DNA from: Eledone cirrhosa
Taxonomy: Eukaryota
Direction: 5' to 3'
Assembly: GCA_964016885.1 (NCBI GenBank)
Contig: CAXHJY010001293.1
Coordinates: 1 to 43,871, forward strand
Length of the DNA stretch: 43,871 nt
Notes under the pieces: generated by a model
Database searches by the model: none
What the model was told of the DNA's origin: nothing
Seen by the model: the letters and a program-made list of their open reading frames with translations, nothing else
Part shown: one piece after another, positions 40,877 to 43,871 of the stretch
Layout of the letters: each line of letters starts with the position of its first letter
How positions within the stretch are numbered: position 1 is the first letter of the stretch
Made by a program: the position numbers and the translations under genes

Positions 40877-42556
40877 AATATCTAATGATATTTTATGGGA
40901 ATTGTGAGATATATATAGATGTACTTTACTTTTCTTTATACTTCTCACTCTCACTCTATATTTGCCTGTATCTCAATCTCTTTCACACTCTCTCCTTATT
41001 TGTCTCTGCTGATGATGATGGTGGTGGTGGTGGTGGTTATTGTTGTTGTTTAACCTCAGGTCAGTCATGATTGACCAGACACAGTATCGGATTCCTGAAT
41101 GTTCAAGCTTAGTTTAGCTTCGTCAACAATATATCTTTATCTTTTTATGGCAGTAAAGTGTAATGTGCTAGAGATTTCAGTGATTTTTCTAGAAGAGTAA
41201 GTGATCATATATAGGCTCCTTAGTTGCATCGTCCTTATGTTCTAGGTTTCACCATATCAATACAAATGTTAATCGATGTAAAATTCTACAGAATATCTTC
41301 ATTTGGAACTCAGCATATACTAATCGTGAATAAAGGATTTCTCATTTAGTTGGCTAGGGAAGGGCAGCATCGATGGCCTCGAAAACAAGAACAAGGATAA
41401 GAGGTAGTTATCCTGAAATCGGATAGTTTGACTCAATGCTTACGAAAGACTAAACTCTACTAAAGGCGCCAAAAGACCAGGAAGGAATTTTAAATTGAAC
41501 GCTGAATTAAGTCGACCACCCAAGAATGTTAAAGAGAGAAAGAAAAATGAAGAGCAAGGACAGATAAATGAAGAACAATACGAAATGTCGATGACACAAA
41601 TGGTTTTAGCGGAATTGGAATTAAATTGGCTTTCTTGAGAAAGAGGGGAAAAATAGCAAGATTCTATTAACATAAAAAAAATAACGAATGGCGACAAAAA
41701 AAGATTCGAAAGAAAAAATAGAAAAATAATCTTTCAACGAATGGTTTGGAGAAATGTGGGTAACCTTAGCAATTTTTCAAGATTGGGAATAAATAGATCT
41801 ATGGGACGCTTACTCAATCATCGAGTCGAATCGACAAATTAGTAGCAAGCAAGCTCCACTCTTGGTGATGCTTGTCTGAAAACAGAATTTGATTATCAAA
41901 GAGAGAGAGCGTGTGTGAAAGAGTGAAAGGAAAGAGAGAATTGTAAGAGAGAGAGAGGAAAAAGACAGAGAGAAGAAAATGTGAGAGAGAATCGAAACGA
42001 AAAATACGAAACAATATTTTCAGCGTTTATATTTTGGTTATTCTTTCGGCTGTCAGAAGGCGACAAGAGCTATTTCAGTTGCCTCCATAATGGATAACAA
42101 AGAAAATGAAAGTTGGCACAGAGTCATTCGTTCTTTCCTCCTGATTCAATAAACATGGCTACGACTTGGGGTGGGGGGGGGGAATGGAGGGTGGATGCCT
42201 GGAATATTGATTGGGTGGGTGAGTTTTTTGGATTTTTTTATTTTACTTGTGTGCGTGTAAGTGAGAGAGGAAGGACGGGACTGCTGTTTGTGAAACTAAT
42301 GCATGCAGGAATGTTTCACTAACAATGTTTGTGTAAACTGCATATATCTGAACAATGTCCTGTTATTGTTGTTGATGTTACTGTTGTTTTTGATATTATT
42401 ATTTTTATTGTTGTATTTGTTTAGACAGAAGTCGATCCTGATTTAGAAGTGATATGATTTTAAAAAAACATTGCAGTCATAGCAATTTCATCATTTACTT
42501 TTTCAAATATAATGTATCTAGGACTACACTAATATCCAATGCATCACTTCTAGAAT

Positions 42557-42569
42557 GTAGGTAGGTAGG

Positions 42570-42649
<80 letters not shown>
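42557..42649. repeat. (TAGG)/(GATA)n
   Basis: Direct reading. Confidence 0.95.
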
Positions 42650-42650
<1 letters not shown>

Positions 42651-42974
42651 TTCTTTATTTAGATAAATGCCTCTACTTCCAAGGGAGCTAACTACAATCA
42701 TCTAAACGAACTATGTACACCTTGACACATTTTCGAGGTTCCCTCTGCGATTCATATTTCAATGAAATGTTGCTAATTACGACATTGAGTAAATGACATG
42801 TTGTCAGCAATTACAGATGACCTTGAATGACTCAACACATAACTGGTTAACAAAGATAGAAGTTTAAAGTACTGCAACCCGGAGGGAAAACGAAAAGATG
42901 TGAACATAATCAATATTTCTGGAGTTATTAGCTTCCTTTTCTCAACTTTAAGTCTGTATAGCTCGCTACACATT

Positions 42975-43236
<262 letters not shown>

Positions 43237-43296
43237 GTGGGTACGATTAAGTTTATGTATATACAAACGGACACCTACACCCAAATAAATACGTGC

Positions 43297-43328
<32 letters not shown>

Positions 43329-43342
43329 GTTTTGTTTTTTTT

Positions 43343-43403
43343 TAGTCCAGAAATAGCCGTCGAAACGGCTTGAGATCTGCCGTCGGGGGTCATACTTGTT
43401 CCT
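43343..43403 (+). mobile_element. Family A truncated copy
   Basis: AGTCCAGAAATAGCCGTCGAAACGGC...GGTCATACTTGTTCCT. Confidence 0.82.
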
Positions 43404-43422
43404 ATATATATATATATATATA

Positions 43423-43568
43423 CTAGATTCCCGAGTTGTGTCAGGGTGTAACCACGGTTAAAAATAGCTACTCAATATTTTGGTAGAGTGTAGGGATTTT
43501 TTTTATTTTAGATAGAAATGACTCCTACGGGACTAGAACTGTTATATTCGTATGGAATTATCAGGAAT
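43423..43568 (-). mobile_element. Diverged family C copy with degenerate HHR
   Basis: Minus: ATTC CTGATAA TTCCATACGAAT ATAA CAG TTCTAGTC CCG TA GGAGT...CACTCTACCAAAATATTGAGTAG. Confidence 0.65.
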
Positions 43569-43587
43569 ATATATATATATATATATC

Positions 43588-43759
43588 AGTAAAAGAAGGA
43601 GCCCGACGGCTGAGCTCTTGCAATTTCAACAGCTAGTCTGGAACTAGCTGTTGAAACCACAAGAGCTCAGCCGTTGGGTACTAACCCTTTCTAATATAGT
43701 CATAGACTACTACCCTCTGTTGAGGGTAATGGTCTAACTAGCTGAAAACTGTGTCTATC

Positions 43760-43762
<3 letters not shown>
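43588..43762. mobile_element. Family B head-to-head copy
   Basis: CGGCTGAGCTCTTG..TTTCAACAGCTAG/CTAGCTGTTGAAA..CAAGAGCTCAGCCG. Confidence 0.7.
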
Positions 43763-43790
<28 letters not shown>

Positions 43791-43794
<4 letters not shown>

Positions 43795-43871
43795 GGAAAG
43801 TTATATTTAAATTTTGTTGGGTTAACAACGAGTAAATATTTATAACTGATATAAAAGCACTCAACAAGTAT
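43791..43871 (-). mobile_element. Family E 3' end (runs off window)
   Basis: Near-identical to 28591-28668. Confidence 0.85.

Overview
AT-rich, microsatellite-saturated eukaryotic non-coding DNA. The SINE families and (TA)n/(CA)n/(CAT)n load suggest a coleoid cephalopod such as octopus; this is an inference. No intact host gene is recognisable, and nearly all ORFs in the track are translations of simple repeats. Recognisable elements are many tRNA-derived SINEs of at least two types, two Tc2/pogo-like TA-MITEs, an RTE fragment, two R4/Dong-type RLE non-LTR fragments sitting in microsatellites, and a 2.1-kb inverted duplication. The main signal is a set of short repeat families lodged in (TA)n tracts that carry type I hammerhead ribozyme (HHR) folds, found by hand. 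There are at least 7 near-complete motifs, most with palindromic stem III; two have the compensatory U3-A8 core and one family shows stem II covariation. These units often occur as head-to-head inverted pairs whose 3' ends abut (TA)n, and four otherwise dissimilar families share a downstream ACTC...TGAGT stem-loop. This looks like a (TA)n-targeting, non-autonomous Penelope-like/retrozyme system. Activity and novelty are untested.
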